Shown: positions 49,371-63,980, counted from the stretch's first letter. The stretch is DNA of 64,000 nt from Octopus vulgaris (GCA_951406725.2 OX597825.1:86862001-86926000); one strand, 5' to 3'. Notes: a model not told the origin generated them from the sequence alone. A program made the numbers and translations.

Positions 49371-50149
49371 TATACATATGTATGTGTGTGTGTGTGCGCG
49401 CGCACAAGCGTACACACACTCATACAAATGAGAAAAAAGCTGAAAACGATATAAAAGAAACGGAAGAAGAGAGAAAGTTTTCCTTTCTCAATTCTCCTCT
49501 CCAAATTAAGAAACCCCTTTGGCTGATTCCCCTGGTGTTGCGTCTCCCTTCGTTTTTATATTTACAAAGCGATAAACACAGTTCTACCCCGTATTCATAA
49601 ATAAATGGTCACAATGATGTTCCCAGTTGAGGCGTCCACGGTTTCTAAATGGGGTTCATTCCCATTGGAATCTGTTTAAAATTCATTCGTATTTATTTGG
49701 ATCAAATGGTTGACATTTCCCTCTCAGCGTGATAGCATCACTGCCACTCCTGCCCCTATGAACACATCCGCCCTTATCTCCTTCCTACAAAGCAACGATC
49801 GCTGCATGGCGTACTGGTAAACGTTAGTGGAACACGTGTAAAGATCATAAATTTTATGATGTTAAAAAAAAATTCCAATCGAATTTCTGGTTTTATTCTG
49901 ATCTTGGAGCTACTTTGTGTAATCTCGGTAAATGACTTTAAGACCTGAAGAAATCTGAGGACAAATTATGTTTTATATCGGAATACAGGTTGGATAAACT
50001 TGGATTTACATGGAAGTCTAAGCAAATTGTAACTGGAATTCTATATCATTCGAAGTAGCTACATTTCAATATATATGCATATATACATGCTTGCATAGAT
50101 ACATACACAAATATATACATACATACATAAATATATGCATACATACATT

Positions 50150-50188
<39 letters not shown>

Positions 50189-50215
50189 CCATATATACAT
50201 ATATATATATATATA

Positions 50216-50280
<65 letters not shown>

Positions 50281-50299
50281 TATATATGCATATATATAC

Positions 50300-50337
<38 letters not shown>

Positions 50338-50775
50338 GCATATATATGCATATACACGTGTGTACATATGCATACATGTGTATACACACACACAAACACA
50401 CGCACACACACACACATATATATGCATAAATACAGATATACATATGCAGATACATACAAACACATACATGTATGTCGCAGCTATATATACATATGTTCAA
50501 ATATCTGTGTTTGTATTTTGCCTACATGCAATATGCGTGCGCGCGTTTGTATATTGGTGCATATGAATAAGTATGAGTAAGTATGTGTATGTGAATGTGT
50601 GTGTGTGTGCGTTTGTGTGTGTGTGTATAGGTGTGTAAAGTTCACTTAAAGAAACGAGACAATAAAATCTGCAGCAGAATTTGCGCTGATAAAAACAGTC
50701 ACGAACATTAGTAATGTAAAATTTTTGTGGAAAACACGAGAGAGTCTCAATAATTCTTGTAGCGTCTGTAGCTCA

Positions 50776-51062
50776 GTCGTTTAACTGGGAATATGGAGAG
50801 GGAGAGGAAGGAGTGAGGGAGAGGAAGGAGTGAGGGAGAGGAAGGAGAGAGGGAGTTAGGAGTGAGGGAGAGAGAAGGAGAGAGAGGGAGGGAAAGAGAG
50901 AGGAAGGAGTGAGGGAGATGAAGGAGAGAGAGAGAGAGGAAGGAGTGAGGGATAGGAAGGAGGGAGAGAGAGGAAGGAGTGAGGGATAGGAAGGAGGGAG
51001 AGAGAGAGAGAGGAAGGAGTGAGGGAGAAAGAAGGAGAGAGAGAGAGAGAGAGAGAGAGGGA
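50776..51062. repeat. Polypurine minisatellite (gagggagaggaaggagt-type unit)
   Basis: Repeated gaaggagtgagggag(a)g units on an almost purely purine strand. Confidence 0.9.
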
Positions 51063-51319
51063 GAAATCAGTGTATGCAAATAAGATCTTCAGAAATATAA
51101 TAAACTGAAGCAGATTCTGTTGGTTTAAGACACAGCAAGCTCCGGCATTAAACGTAGGAAGTTGCTTCATCATTAAAATAATGTACTTCGGAATGTTCTA
51201 GAAAATATAAAAGTGTTGCTTCTGGGAGCTCGTTCGGAAAATATGGAAATTACACTGAAAAAAGAAACAAAGCAAACATGCACGCGCACACACACACACA
51301 TATGCATATATTAATGTGT

Positions 51320-51537
51320 CTGTGTGTCTTTGTGACTGTTTGTCCCCCACATCATTGCTGACAATCGATCGTGGTGTTTTTATGAGCCCGTAGCTTAGCG
51401 GTTCGACAAAGAAGACCGATAGAATAGTTATTAGGCTTACAAAGATTTAGTAGTGGGGCCGATTTCTTCGACTGACACCATTCAAGGCGGTGCTGCAACA
51501 TGGCCGCTGTCAAATGACTGAAACAAGTAAAAGAATA
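51320..51537 (+). mobile_element. 3' half of SINE (47194 family)
   Basis: gtttgtcccccac...cttagcggttcgacaaagaagaccgatagaata...catggccgctgtcaaatgactgaaacaagtaaaagaata. Confidence 0.8.
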
Positions 51538-51538
51538 G

Positions 51539-51569
<31 letters not shown>

Positions 51570-52239
51570 CATGATACATTTATTTAGATGTTTATGCAAA
51601 CCTAGATATTGCTAAGATATATACACATAGGTCATCATAAATACGACGAAAGGAGACCGGGGAGTGTACAGCGATTCCAGTGGCCAGTATGTTTGAAAAG
51701 TGCTCAGCAACTGCGAGAATGGGTCGGGGAGTTAAATGTTTCAGGAGATGATGGAGAACATAAGAAAAAAACAAACAAAAACTAATGTAAAATAGTTGAA
51801 TTGAACCTTCCCACAGAAGAAGAGGAGCAAAAATGACATGACATATGCACGATGCCAAAATACTTGTAAACACACACGCACCCACATGATGTGAGTTTCT
51901 CTCACTCTCACTCTCTGCGTAGATTTGTGTGACGCTTAGAACTGGTGCACAATACCAGAACTTTCGAGTCAAATATAACAAGTTACTCTAAATCGTTAGT
52001 GGAGTCGGTTCAAACTTCACTGGAGCAGACACTGTAACATCAAAAACAAAATACAAATTACATGAACGTATATAAACAGAAGATACAAATATTACAGGCA
52101 TCCCCCCACATACACACACTAAATAAACATAGACGCACATAGAGATATAAGCATGCGCAAATGAAAGCATACAATAGAAATACAAAATGGCTGACGGTTA
52201 GTAAGGAGAGACACACATAAGTGAGAAGAAAACAAAGGA

Positions 52240-52279
52240 CCACTGATGCGGTCACATGAGTGTGACGAAAGAACTCTGG
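52240..52279 (+). ncRNA. Minimal type I hammerhead motif (A9C)
   Basis: cca-CUGAUGC-g-gtcaca-tgag-tgtgac-GAAA-gaac-UC-tgg, with a perfect 6-bp stem II. Confidence 0.65.
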
Positions 52280-52439
52280 CCGAAATAAGATTAAGATTAA
52301 TGTAAAAAATAAATAACACTGAAGCAAAATAACACCAAATATATAGTGCGTGTGTTTTTATTGGCTAAACTGGCAAAATGACCATTCCGAAATATAACAA
52401 TATCTGTTTCAACACACGACTTCACATAAAAATTCTTGC

Positions 52440-52489
<50 letters not shown>

Positions 52490-55400
52490 TATGTATGTAT
52501 GTATATATACGATGGGCTTCCGCACAATTTCCATCTAAAATATTTACTTTTCGGGTATTGATCAACGTCAGCCTATAATTATGTATGTAAATCCATCTCA
52601 AACCGCCGCACCATTACCTCATCAGCTGCAGTATATTTATCAATGGATTTACTCTGCTTTGAAGAAGTCATGTGAAATGTCAACAGTGTTGAAACGACGA
52701 GCGTGTTCTTAATTAGTCGACATGGCGAATAGACTTGCCAGTTCTTCAACATTACGAAATAGGTTTTCTTTTTACATCTAAAAATATTTTTTCTCCATTA
52801 AATATATTTTCATTTACTGAACTATTCCAAGTGTGTTACATTACAAGAAATTTTTATATTAATTTATATATACCCTGTACATATATAGATATATACACAG
52901 TGTATAACTACGTACCCCATTGTTCATGAAGCCATTAACGCCACATAGAACACCAAAGCTTACAAATTAATATTTGCTTCAGAAATTTTAATAAAACATT
53001 TATGGCAAAGAATTTGAATGCAATAAAGAATTATATTTGATTTCTCATAAAATATGTACTTATTGCCAATGGAATCGTTTATTTAGTTTTGGTTTAATTA
53101 ATTCCAAGTTTAATTCACAAGTGAACACAAAGATCATACCCTGGTATACCTTTAGAAATCTTTCAAAATTTAAGCACAAATACATTCCTTCACACTGCGC
53201 GCGCGCACACACAAACTTAACGCAAACATCTCTCTCTCTCTCTCTCCCTATAATATTTGCATCCGGACACACACATATCAATATATGTATAATATGTAAA
53301 TACGCGCGCGTGTGTGTGTGTGTGCATGCAAAAGCACGTACAGACGTGCATATGGGAACAGGTTGTTACATACGGATGTAAGAATATACGCAGACATCGT
53401 CAAAAACAGAGCGAAACATGCAAACACACTGACAGATCAAAGGGAAGCCATGACCTTTTTCCGAAGGTGAAAACAAACCATTGAATTTTCTTTTATAGAA
53501 TTGTAATATCTGCTACCTTCATTCGTCTCCCCAAAGATCAGTTTTCTTCTCCTAATTCACTTAACCTCTGCAAGAATGAACTAAATACACATTGTACAAG
53601 TGACTTTTCATGCTGCCGGCAATTCCTTATTTCCTTTTGATCTTTATCAATGTTTACGGCATCAATTTACCAAAGAGTTGATGTTCAGTTAGTTTCAATT
53701 CTCCGCTGAATAACTTAAAACCATATTTTTAAAAGTTAGTCATGGTTTTAACAAGACCCATCTATTTTCTTGCCATTTTTCAAAGGTAATCATTTTGTAA
53801 GAATATTTACCAAAAATAACCGAAATAGAAATAAATGAGAAGTAATCAACATGTTTTTCTTTTTATTTTTTCCAAAAAGAAATGGCGAGAGAAGTTTTAT
53901 AGATAAGTTTCGCATGAGGCAGTTAATAGAGGAAATACGGTGTATAGGAAGAAGACGACATGTAATAACGCAACATTTGAGAGAAGATTAAAATTTGGAT
54001 GTGTGTATATATGTGTGTGTTTACTCTCTCTCTCCCCTCCTCCACCTCATCTCTCAGAAAAAATAAACAAATAAAATGAATTAAAGTGAAGTTATCTGAA
54101 ATCTATTTTTGTCGTGAGCGTTTGAATAATTTAAACTAAAAGTCAGCTTCACAGAATTGCTGCAAATATATTTTTGATGCTTCTTCTGAAAGTGAGTGGA
54201 TGAGGCGGCAAAAACATTCCCTTTCACATTGACTATTTTAAGGCCGTAGAAAGACTTATTTATCACTTTAAGGTGAGTGAATGAGGTCACAAAAAGAGAG
54301 ATCTTCTATAGATTTACAATTTCCTTTCAAGTCTGAGAATAAAAAAACAAAACAAAACAAATAAATATTCTTTGAACTGTTTTTCCTTTTGTACTTTAAT
54401 CATGGCTGGTAGGAAAGGGAAATAACTCAATCGCCTTATTATAGCCATTTCACCCTCGTCACTTTATTATTGGTCTTGGAAACAACATAAACGTTACCTA
54501 ATTCTACTTTTGGTATTTAATTAATTCCTCTGTGCTATTTCACCTGCAGTTAAACACCTGAAGTGCAGCATAAAGTAAGGAATAATTTCTAGTATTTTGT
54601 GTTGATGTAGAGGTTTACACTTTTCGCTGTAACCATCTCGGTTTCCTTACTAATGGACTTGTTAAACTGATGAAAGTAGCGTTCATTCTCATACAACAGT
54701 TTTGACATCGAGCATATAACAGGAATTGTTATGTCGGATAGTAAGACACTATTTTACAAATCTATCGAACTGCTCTTGAAATATCGCCGATGGCGGACAT
54801 ATTTTCTTCTGTGATATTTGGCAGCGATATAACGATACAATCTTTTGCTATATTGTACTATTTCTTATGTAAGAATGGCCGTACATTTGAAAATACAACA
54901 GGAAACTGTATATTCTAGCTAAAAGGAATTTTGTCATCAGATATATGTCAATGTTACAGATGTTATCTTGTTTTCTATCTATCGATATTGTTTTAAAGAT
55001 CGATTTCAGCTGTGATGGACAAATCTATGACCAAAGACACTGAAGCATTGCCCGTTTCATCTGTCTTTTTAAAATGGTATTATCCAATGTGTTCTTATAT
55101 TTGGAAAACGGTTGGAAATGGTTGGAGGCAGATTTATCTGCTATTTTTCACAGATTCAGCAACCACCTATATGCTGCCTCTTTCCATCTTCATAACGAGT
55201 TGTTAGAATTTTGGTGTCGACCAATACATTTTAGTTGCTGTCATCGAAATGGTGGAGGTTCCTTAGGAAGAACCATCACCTCCAATGTCCAAACCATTTC
55301 TGCGAATTTAGTTTTGTTGCAGCTGTCAGCGCCATTGGTTAATGCTTTCATAATGTGCAGTATTGACATCTGTGTTTTGCATCCGATGAAAGGCAACCGA

Positions 55401-55799
55401 AAACTCATTTGGTGCCAATCCTCACTAAAACCCTATACAAGGACTGGGCGCTTGGAATTGTCTCCATACCAAAACATGGCTCCGAACCTCATTTACCATT
55501 CTGCAATGTAGTTACTGTTTTTCGAGGCAATATTTATCCCTTTTGTGCAGTCAGTCAGAAGCAACATAGATTAGGAAATCCTTTCTCTTGAACCGATCCA
55601 AATAGAATTCCTGTTGAAAATTTTGTCAAGCTGCGTTAGGAGATCAATAATTTCTCCCAGGCATCTTCCATTACAAACTCTGTGTGCTTATCCTGGAAAT
55701 TTTGCGAGTGAGGGTCTCTCCATTGTTATTGATTACCATCACACTCAGTGTAGCCTGCAACACTCTTCTATCATTATTCTTCGAATAGACAAAGACAGA

Positions 55800-56190
55800 T
55801 AGCTGGCAGAAACGTTAGCACGCCGGGCGAAATGCTTAGTGGTATTTCGTCTGCTGTTACGTTCTGAGTTCAATTTCCGCCGAGGTCGACTTTGCCTTTC
55901 ATCCTTTCGGGGTCGATAAATTAAGTACCAGTTACGCACTGGGTCGACGTAATCGACTTAATCCGTTTGTCTGTCCTTGTTTGTCCTCTCTGTGTTTGGC
56001 CCCTTGTGGGTAGTAAAGAAATAGGTATTTCGTCTGTCTTTACGTTCTGAGTTCAAATTCCGTTGAGGTCGACTTCGCCTTTCATATTTTCGGGGTCGAT
56101 CAATTAAGTACCAGTTGCTTACTGGGGTCGATCAAATCGACTTCCTCCCCCTCCCTCAAAAATGTCGGCCTTGTGCCTTGACAAGAAAAG
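55800..56190 (+). mobile_element. Dimeric SINE (10109 family)
   Basis: Same dimeric layout as 10109-10505. Probable TSD attcttcg(a/g)atagaca at ~55776 and 56191. Confidence 0.9.
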
Positions 56191-56375
56191 ATTCTTCGGA
56201 TAGACATGCTTGGACTTGATCTCCTTCATAACACTATCCTCTTCTCCAACCACTCCTCTTCCACCTTCCTTCCTAGCAAAGTATAGTTTTGCTATGTTAT
56301 TTCTAGTATAAAAGCATTTATGAATAGCCAATACCTTCCCAGTTTTTCTGACCACGTTGACAAGCTTTTTCTTTC

Positions 56376-56552
56376 CAGTTCTATATTTAAGAGATGAAGA
56401 ATTATGTACATTATTTACATTATTTACATTCGACGAATATTTGTCCTCATCTTGTTTGTTGTTAACACGTATCTACTGATATACCCTCCAGCCTTCTTCA
56501 GGTGCCTTGGGGAAATTTTGAACCTGGGTTCTCATTCCCAAGATATTTTCGA

Positions 56553-56631
<79 letters not shown>

Positions 56632-56854
56632 TAGTTTTATTTTTTATAGCGTGCTTTCACTTCACTACCGAGCGCAGCTCTGTGTGCCTTGGGTATGTGC
56701 TGTGATTTGTTGTGATGCTCTGATGGTTATTGTATGGAAAGTGTTCTGCGTAGGATGTGTGCAGTGCCTAGTAGTGCAATTTTCTGTATGTTATATGTGT
56801 TTGTAAGTCCTGGTGTTTTTGTTATGTATTTGTCTGAATATTTTCGGATTATTA

Positions 56855-56951
<97 letters not shown>

Positions 56952-57049
56952 CATTATTATTATTATTATTATTCAAGTCACTGCCTGGAATCGAACTCGG
57001 AATCTTGGTGTTAGTATCCCGCGCTCTTAACCACTACGCCATACGCCCG
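56376..57049 (-). mobile_element. tRNA-headed SINE with (AAT)n linker and hammerhead-containing PLE-type tail
   Basis: Minus strand: gggcgtaTGGCGTAGTGGttaagagcgcggg...GAGTTCGATTCCaggcag (A and B boxes, 57048-56974), (AAT)n, then ggcac-CUGAAGA-a-ggctg... and the 3' end aatatagaactg seen at 48872. It interrupts the R4/Dong frame at a duplicated KEK. Confidence 0.85.
56630..56850 (-). mobile_element. 3' end of a Dong/R4-type LINE inserted into the (AAT)n linker of the SINE
   Basis: KYITKTPGLTNTYNIQKIALLGTAHILRRTLSIQ* (R4/Dong C-terminal QKxxLLGTAHILR) plus 3' UTR, with (AAT)n on both sides. Confidence 0.85.
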
Positions 57050-57589
57050 TTTTTCCTTTGTCCATTCTGCAACACTTGCATTGTAGCGCATCACACCTAC
57101 ATCCCTCGTGTTAATGCCGCTGGTCAGCTTCCTTCCATTTACTTGACAAAACACTTTAACTCTTCGGTAACTTTCAGAAGATATTTTCTCCTTCATCGTG
57201 GGGTTCATCGTTAGGCTCTTGTTACCTTCTCCGTTCTGGAAGTTCTACACCACCGCTAACCATTTTTTGTCCCTCTCCTTACTTGAATAACAGCGTGTTT
57301 CTTTGTGCCAAATTCCATCTGGATGTCCTGAGAGAAAATTCCTACAGACCGAATGAGGGAACCCAGTTGACCCCTGAGAGCTCCGTAAAGATGATCCATA
57401 AACATCAAAGGATTGCTCTCATGTCTTTCATAGTCTCTAACATGTTACCATCTTCTTCGGAGTTTATAGAAACTGGAAAACATACAAACAATAATCAGTA
57501 ACGGCACCACCGAGTCTTCTTCTTCTTCTTCTTCTTCTTCTTCTTCTTCTTCTTCTTCTTCTTCTTCTTCTTCTTCTTCTTCTTGTTGC

Positions 57590-57805
57590 AGAATCGTAAA
57601 TACGCAGGGCAAAATGATCAACGGCATTTCATCCGTCTTTAAATTCAGGTTCAAATTCCGCCGGTGGGGGGTGGGGGGAGGGGTGATGTCAACTTTGCCT
57701 TTCATCCTTTCGGGTTCTATAAATTAAGTACCAGTCAACTACTGGGGGTCGATATAATCGACTCTCCACCCTTCCCCCAATGTTGTTGTACTTGTGGCAA
57801 ACTTC
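57590..57805 (+). mobile_element. Monomeric SINE (10109 family), decayed
   Basis: gcagaatcg...ggttcaaattccgcc...gtcaactttgcctttcatcctttcggg...aattaagtaccag. Confidence 0.8.
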
Positions 57806-58258
57806 GAAACCGTTTGCATTTGATGCCCTCGTGCAGAATCCGATCCGACTGTTTTCTGTCAGGTGAGATTTTAATATTTCGAAATGCTAACATAATTCTA
57901 CAAAAATATTTTGCGTTTGGCATTTTTAAAGCGAGAAAATATGAAATCTCAATCAGAGGCAGACATTGAAATGATGTATCACATTCTATAAATCTGTGGA
58001 GGATTATTTATTGTAATAGCCTTCAACAACACAATGCCAAAGTGGTAATAGGAATGGTTTCAAATGTCTTGCTTCATATATTTTTCATCCAAAACCAGCA
58101 AAAATATTAAAAAAGAAAATAAATACCAATGGGAATAAGTGAAATAAATCTGGAACTTAATGTTCAATTTTGTTGTTTTTGATGTAGTTTGGATGTTATA
58201 TGTCAGATATAATGGAAATGGGCAAAACTGTTTCAGCAGATGTGTTTCTAGTTTTTGT

Positions 58259-58993
<735 letters not shown>

Positions 58994-59689
58994 AATTTTT
59001 ATTTTGAATATCTATCACTGGAAGGTTGTTGATAGATGTACAAAGTTTTAGGGAAAGAAATCTCGGCTGGCTTCGTGTGTTTACGGTCGAGGTGTCATCG
59101 TCGCTGTACTGTGACCTTGATCAAACACTTAAGTCTGATCCGGTATAGGTACCATGGGGAGGCTCAGCTTAACAATTTCGACAGTAAAAACATGTCAAAG
59201 TGAAGAGTCTTTGAATACGGAGATGGAATTCGACTTCAAATAAATAAACCCAGTGAAAAAAAAAAGGTCCAATGAGGGAATCTTTACTATCGTCGCTTGA
59301 CTTACCAAAAGTAGGTGAACCGCTTTTAGATCTCTCCCCACCTTCTTGGAAAGGGAGAATTTCACAAATGTTAGCAGCAAAAAGACGGGATGGTCATGGT
59401 AGGAATGAATTTGATTATAAACTTGTTCAACAGGGGTTGACATAAGATTAAAAGTAAAGACTGAGAGTTAACTACTAATTGTGGAATAAATCTAATTAAG
59501 CAAAAGTCAGGTAATTAAATATATTGATCACAGTTGACTGATATAGATAAGTGTGTGTGTATTGACATGCATGCATGTTTGTGAAAAGGAAAACTTTAGA
59601 CCAGACGAGTAGCGTTTCCATCAGCCGTTTACCTGCTTCCTCTATGTCTGACGAAGAATGTTACAGGTACAAAAGGTGAGATGAAAGCA

Positions 59690-59810
59690 TGTCTTACACG
59701 ACGCGTGTCACGAAAGAATATGACAACCCGTTAAAGAGAATATGGATCTCGGAACTCTCAGCTTCCGATAAAACAGTGGCCCACAATATGCTTGCAGGGC
59801 TAGTACTCAT
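59690..59810 (+). pseudogene. Short R4/Dong-type RT fragment
   Basis: RVTKEY..LKRIWISELSASDKTVAHNMLAGLVL, resembling RxxxIWxSELSAxNKxxAHN. Confidence 0.6.
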
Positions 59811-60325
59811 AAAAAAACACCGCCTTGAAAGGTTTTGGTTGAACAAATCGACCCCAGGACTTCAGCATTCAAGTATATACGTGCATGTCTAGATATGCAA
59901 AGATATGTATGAGAATATATACGTAAAACAAAACATACAAATCCGCACATGCACTGACTCCAAATACACACGGAGCAGCAAAAATAACCTGCTGATGAGG
60001 AGTCCTTCTCTAATGGCAAGAAATCTTGAAATGAATAATAACATACATACATACATAGATACATACATTACATACATACATACTTACATACATACAGATA
60101 CAATCTGTAAGCGGAACAGTAAAAATATGCAAGAGATTCCTCAAGTTTAAAGTGCACCATTGTTTCCTTATCTCCATCCCAACGATGGAACTTTGTGTCT
60201 TTGTTAGAAACCAACTATTTCCTCAAAGAAAGAATGTAGAGAATTAATAAGAGAAGAGAACACACACACACACACACACCGCACGCGCACACACTCACAC
60301 TTAAATATACATACATATATTTATA

Positions 60326-60367
<42 letters not shown>

Positions 60368-60376
<9 letters not shown>

Positions 60377-60590
60377 GCATCCTTTTTGTGTCGGGAGACA
60401 ATGGAGTTGCGCATAAAATAATCTGGTCCGGCTTTTACATTTCATGTCCTGATACATTTCCTGCTGTGGCTGTGTAGTCCTATCCTGGACAAACTCTCCC
60501 TCTGCCAGGTGCCACAAATGTAGCGAAGACTTTGCCTTGCTAGTTGTGATGTCATACTTTCTTGTTGACGTCTTTTCTTGTCTTTCCATT

Positions 60591-60631
<41 letters not shown>

Positions 60632-60790
60632 ACTCCTTTGTGTTCCCTCTTTTACGGTACGTCCGCCAATCTCCGCGGTTGGTGGCAACTGCTTCCCAGT
60701 TGTTAATATTGATGTTGCAGGCCTTCATGTCCCTTTTGCAAACATCCTTTACACGAAGATCCTTTCTGAATTATTTTCGACTGACCCGTA
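60368..60790 (-). pseudogene. 3' end of RTE-clade LINE
   Basis: Minus strand reads [32 protein letters not shown], a typical RTE C-terminus, and ends ...gatgccaacaacaa. Confidence 0.8.
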
Positions 60791-60807
60791 GTTACCATAT
60801 GAATATA

Positions 60808-60895
<88 letters not shown>

Positions 60896-60901
60896 TTATA
60901 T

Positions 60902-60983
<82 letters not shown>

Positions 60984-61048
60984 GCAAGTATATATATTCA
61001 TATATATGCATATATATATATATAATACATATGTATATATATATATGC

Positions 61049-61110
<62 letters not shown>

Positions 61111-61242
61111 ATATATATATATACAAACATATAATATATATATATACAAACATATATAATATATATATATATATTTTTTTTCTAGTTTCAGCTCAGAGCT
61201 GCGGCCATGCTGATGCACCGCCGTTTATATATATATAATACA

Positions 61243-61306
<64 letters not shown>

Positions 61307-62239
61307 CGTATACATACATGTTCGAGCTCCAGATAGAATGTCATGTGGTATTCGATCCTGCTCTCTGCGCTCCGATCTCAATTTCCGACGATGACAACGA
61401 CTTTGTCTTCTTCTTCTTCTTTCTGTTTACAAGACAGATTGGTCCAAATACCAAAGCACCGGCCTGCACACAACATCGGCCTCAGACGCTCGCAGTTTAT
61501 ACTCTCCACTTCGATTCAACTTCCATCAACATTATGCTGGATGTATTAATGAGGTGGAGAGCGCATCAGCATCGAGTCATTCTAAGAAAGCGATTCCTTC
61601 GAAATTCGAATGAATTCACCAAACAAATACAGTGTGACGGATTCGCCAGTATCTTCAAATACACATTGCAGTTCTGTTATCAACCGGTTGCTATCAATAA
61701 GATGCATCTCGAAATGATTATAATATGCGGCTTTGTTTTACAAGTTTACTAATTCCAGCCTGTGTACTGTGATTATGCTGGGGCCCGCCACACAAGTGTG
61801 AACATATACTTACAGGCACATAAGCGTACACACGCCTATACACACATATATATATATATACACATATACACTGACACACACACACGCGCGTATTTATGTT
61901 TATGTGGACATTATATGAATCGATATCGCTCGTTCAAATTGAAAATCTCAGCGAAATCTGTTTTCGGAAGTAAACGATGGATGATAGCTGAACATAACCG
62001 AGGAATGAATTAAATCAGACAGACATTGAAGCTCTTATTTCATCATTAAACATTTTGTCGATTCACCGCCTTGTTTTACTTTCTTCCAATTTCTTCCACT
62101 AATTTCGGAAACTGGAATTACAGTTTTCTATTTTGGTTGTTTATAGGAAAATGAAACATCTATTTAAAGTTTGTAGAATCTGAAATATCAATAATTGAGT
62201 TTATATAACAAGTCCAAATACACTTAAGCACAAGTACAC

Positions 62240-62371
<132 letters not shown>

Positions 62372-62384
62372 AACGCGCACACAC

Positions 62385-62515
62385 AAGCAATTGCATTAAG
62401 AGATATATACACACTCCTCACGGCATGACGTACATGTACATTAATAATGCTTCACAAGAAGTTGCGTACAATATTCACATTACTGTGTATATATATTTCC
62501 ACATACACACAGACT

Positions 62516-62555
<40 letters not shown>

Positions 62556-63265
62556 GCACACACACGCACACACACACACCAGTAACTAACTTACAAATCT
62601 CCACGATGTCTGGAACTAATAGCAGAGTGAAATATATATACACTCAGGAATAAAAGTATGTGTATTCACGTATGTATATTATGTATTCATACATACATCA
62701 ACTCTCTCTCTCTTTCACACACACACACACACACACACAGACACAAGATTTTGGACTGTTATATGCAAACCTCTGCAAGGAAATAGCGAAAGATTAAACT
62801 CTTTATATATTTGTTGATCCGAACCCAAAGGAAACGGGTGGGAAATGAAAGGNNNNNNNNNNNNNNNNNNNNNNNNNNNNNNNNNNNNNNNNNNNNNNNN
62901 NNNNNNNNNNNNNNNNNNNNNNNNNNNNNNNNNNNNNNNNNNNNNNNNNNNNAACAATTGCATTAATAGATATATACACACTCCTCACGGCATGACGTAC
63001 ATGTACATTAATAATGCTTCACAAGAAGTTGCGTACAATATTCACATTACTGTGTATATATATTTCCACATACACACATACTCCACACACACACACGCAC
63101 ACACACGCACGCACACACACGCACACACACACACCAGTAACTAACTTACAAATCTCCACGATGTCTGGAACTAATAGCAGAGTGAAATATATATACACTC
63201 AGGAATAAAAGTATGTGTATTCACGTATGTATATTATGTATTCATACATACATCAACTCTCTCTC

Positions 63266-63307
<42 letters not shown>

Positions 63308-63413
63308 AAGATTTTGGACTGTTATATGCAAACCTCTGCAAGGAAATAGCGAAAGATTAAACTCTTTATATATTTGTTGATCCGAACCCAAAGGAAACGG
63401 GTGGGAAATGAAA
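62385..63413. other. 100-N scaffold gap flanked by a duplicated ~465-bp sequence (probable unmerged contig overlap)
   Basis: ~62385-62852 is repeated at 62953-~63413, differing mainly in microsatellite length. Confidence 0.9.
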
Positions 63414-63774
63414 GGACGATAGGGTAGATTTCGCAGAATTTACTTTGGTTCCCTGTCGCTTGAAGACTTCCCTCACAATGCTTTACTTATTTTCTGGAAC
63501 TCCAAGAACTACAGGAAGCACCATTGACTGTCAGTGAAAGCAAATTGAAACCTTTTTTTATACTTGACAGGTAATAACTAATCTTTTAATTAGAAGAACA
63601 GAATTCTAAAACTTGTCCTTGCAAGTAGGAAGTTGTAATTTAGTACTCGAGACATGGTCGAGGGAATTATCCGATTTGATCTTTCGATTGCAATATCGTT
63701 AATAGAAGCATCTCCATCTCCCCTTCTCTGATGATACATACACACGTATATATATATATATATATATATATACG

Positions 63775-63802
<28 letters not shown>

Positions 63803-63805
<3 letters not shown>

Positions 63806-63980
63806 AGAGTTTACGAAGAATTAAAAACAAAGGACGAAGACAGGTGGTGTACAATACAAACAGATGTATTAGTATAACGCCCAGGAATAGAAAAGTCTTT
63901 TACGTTTCGAGCCTACGCTCTTCCACAGAAAAGGACACAGAAAAAAAAAACAAGGAGAGAAAGGAATGTGTGTAGTGGCT
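63803..63980 (-). mobile_element. U6-core hammerhead element
   Basis: Minus strand reads tttt-CUGUGGA-a-gagc-gtag-gctc-GAAA-cg-UA-aaag (~63897-63932). The 3' end abuts (TA)n. Confidence 0.8.

Larger units (their letters stand above)
55010..57510 (-). pseudogene. R4/Dong-clade (RLE-endonuclease) non-LTR retrotransposon remnant, split by two SINE insertions
   Basis: Minus strand: PLMFMDHL...FSQDIQMEFG (RT FMDD region), YRRVK...NGRKLTSGINT...VMRYNAS..WTKEK | KEKLVNVVRKT...KLYFARKEGGRG, then HRCQYC...ESIN (CCHC remnant, ~55360). Confidence 0.85.

Noticed and set aside
56974-57048. Possible tRNA gene (also at 25632 and 42413)
   Set aside because: A and B boxes are present, but there is no proper acceptor stem or anticodon arm and the sequence continues into a repeat body. 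These are SINE heads.
59625-60035. Isolated ctgacga (~59648) and ctgatga (~59991) motifs
   Set aside because: No consistent stems II/III or UH site could be assembled.
61320-61760. 181-aa ORF region as a possible host exon
   Set aside because: The ORF starts in a microsatellite, has no recognisable motif, and the minus frame I translated has stops.
62385-63413. Apparent 465-bp tandem duplication or LTR pair
   Set aside because: The copies sit exactly either side of a 100-N gap, which is best explained as an unmerged contig overlap or two haplotypes.
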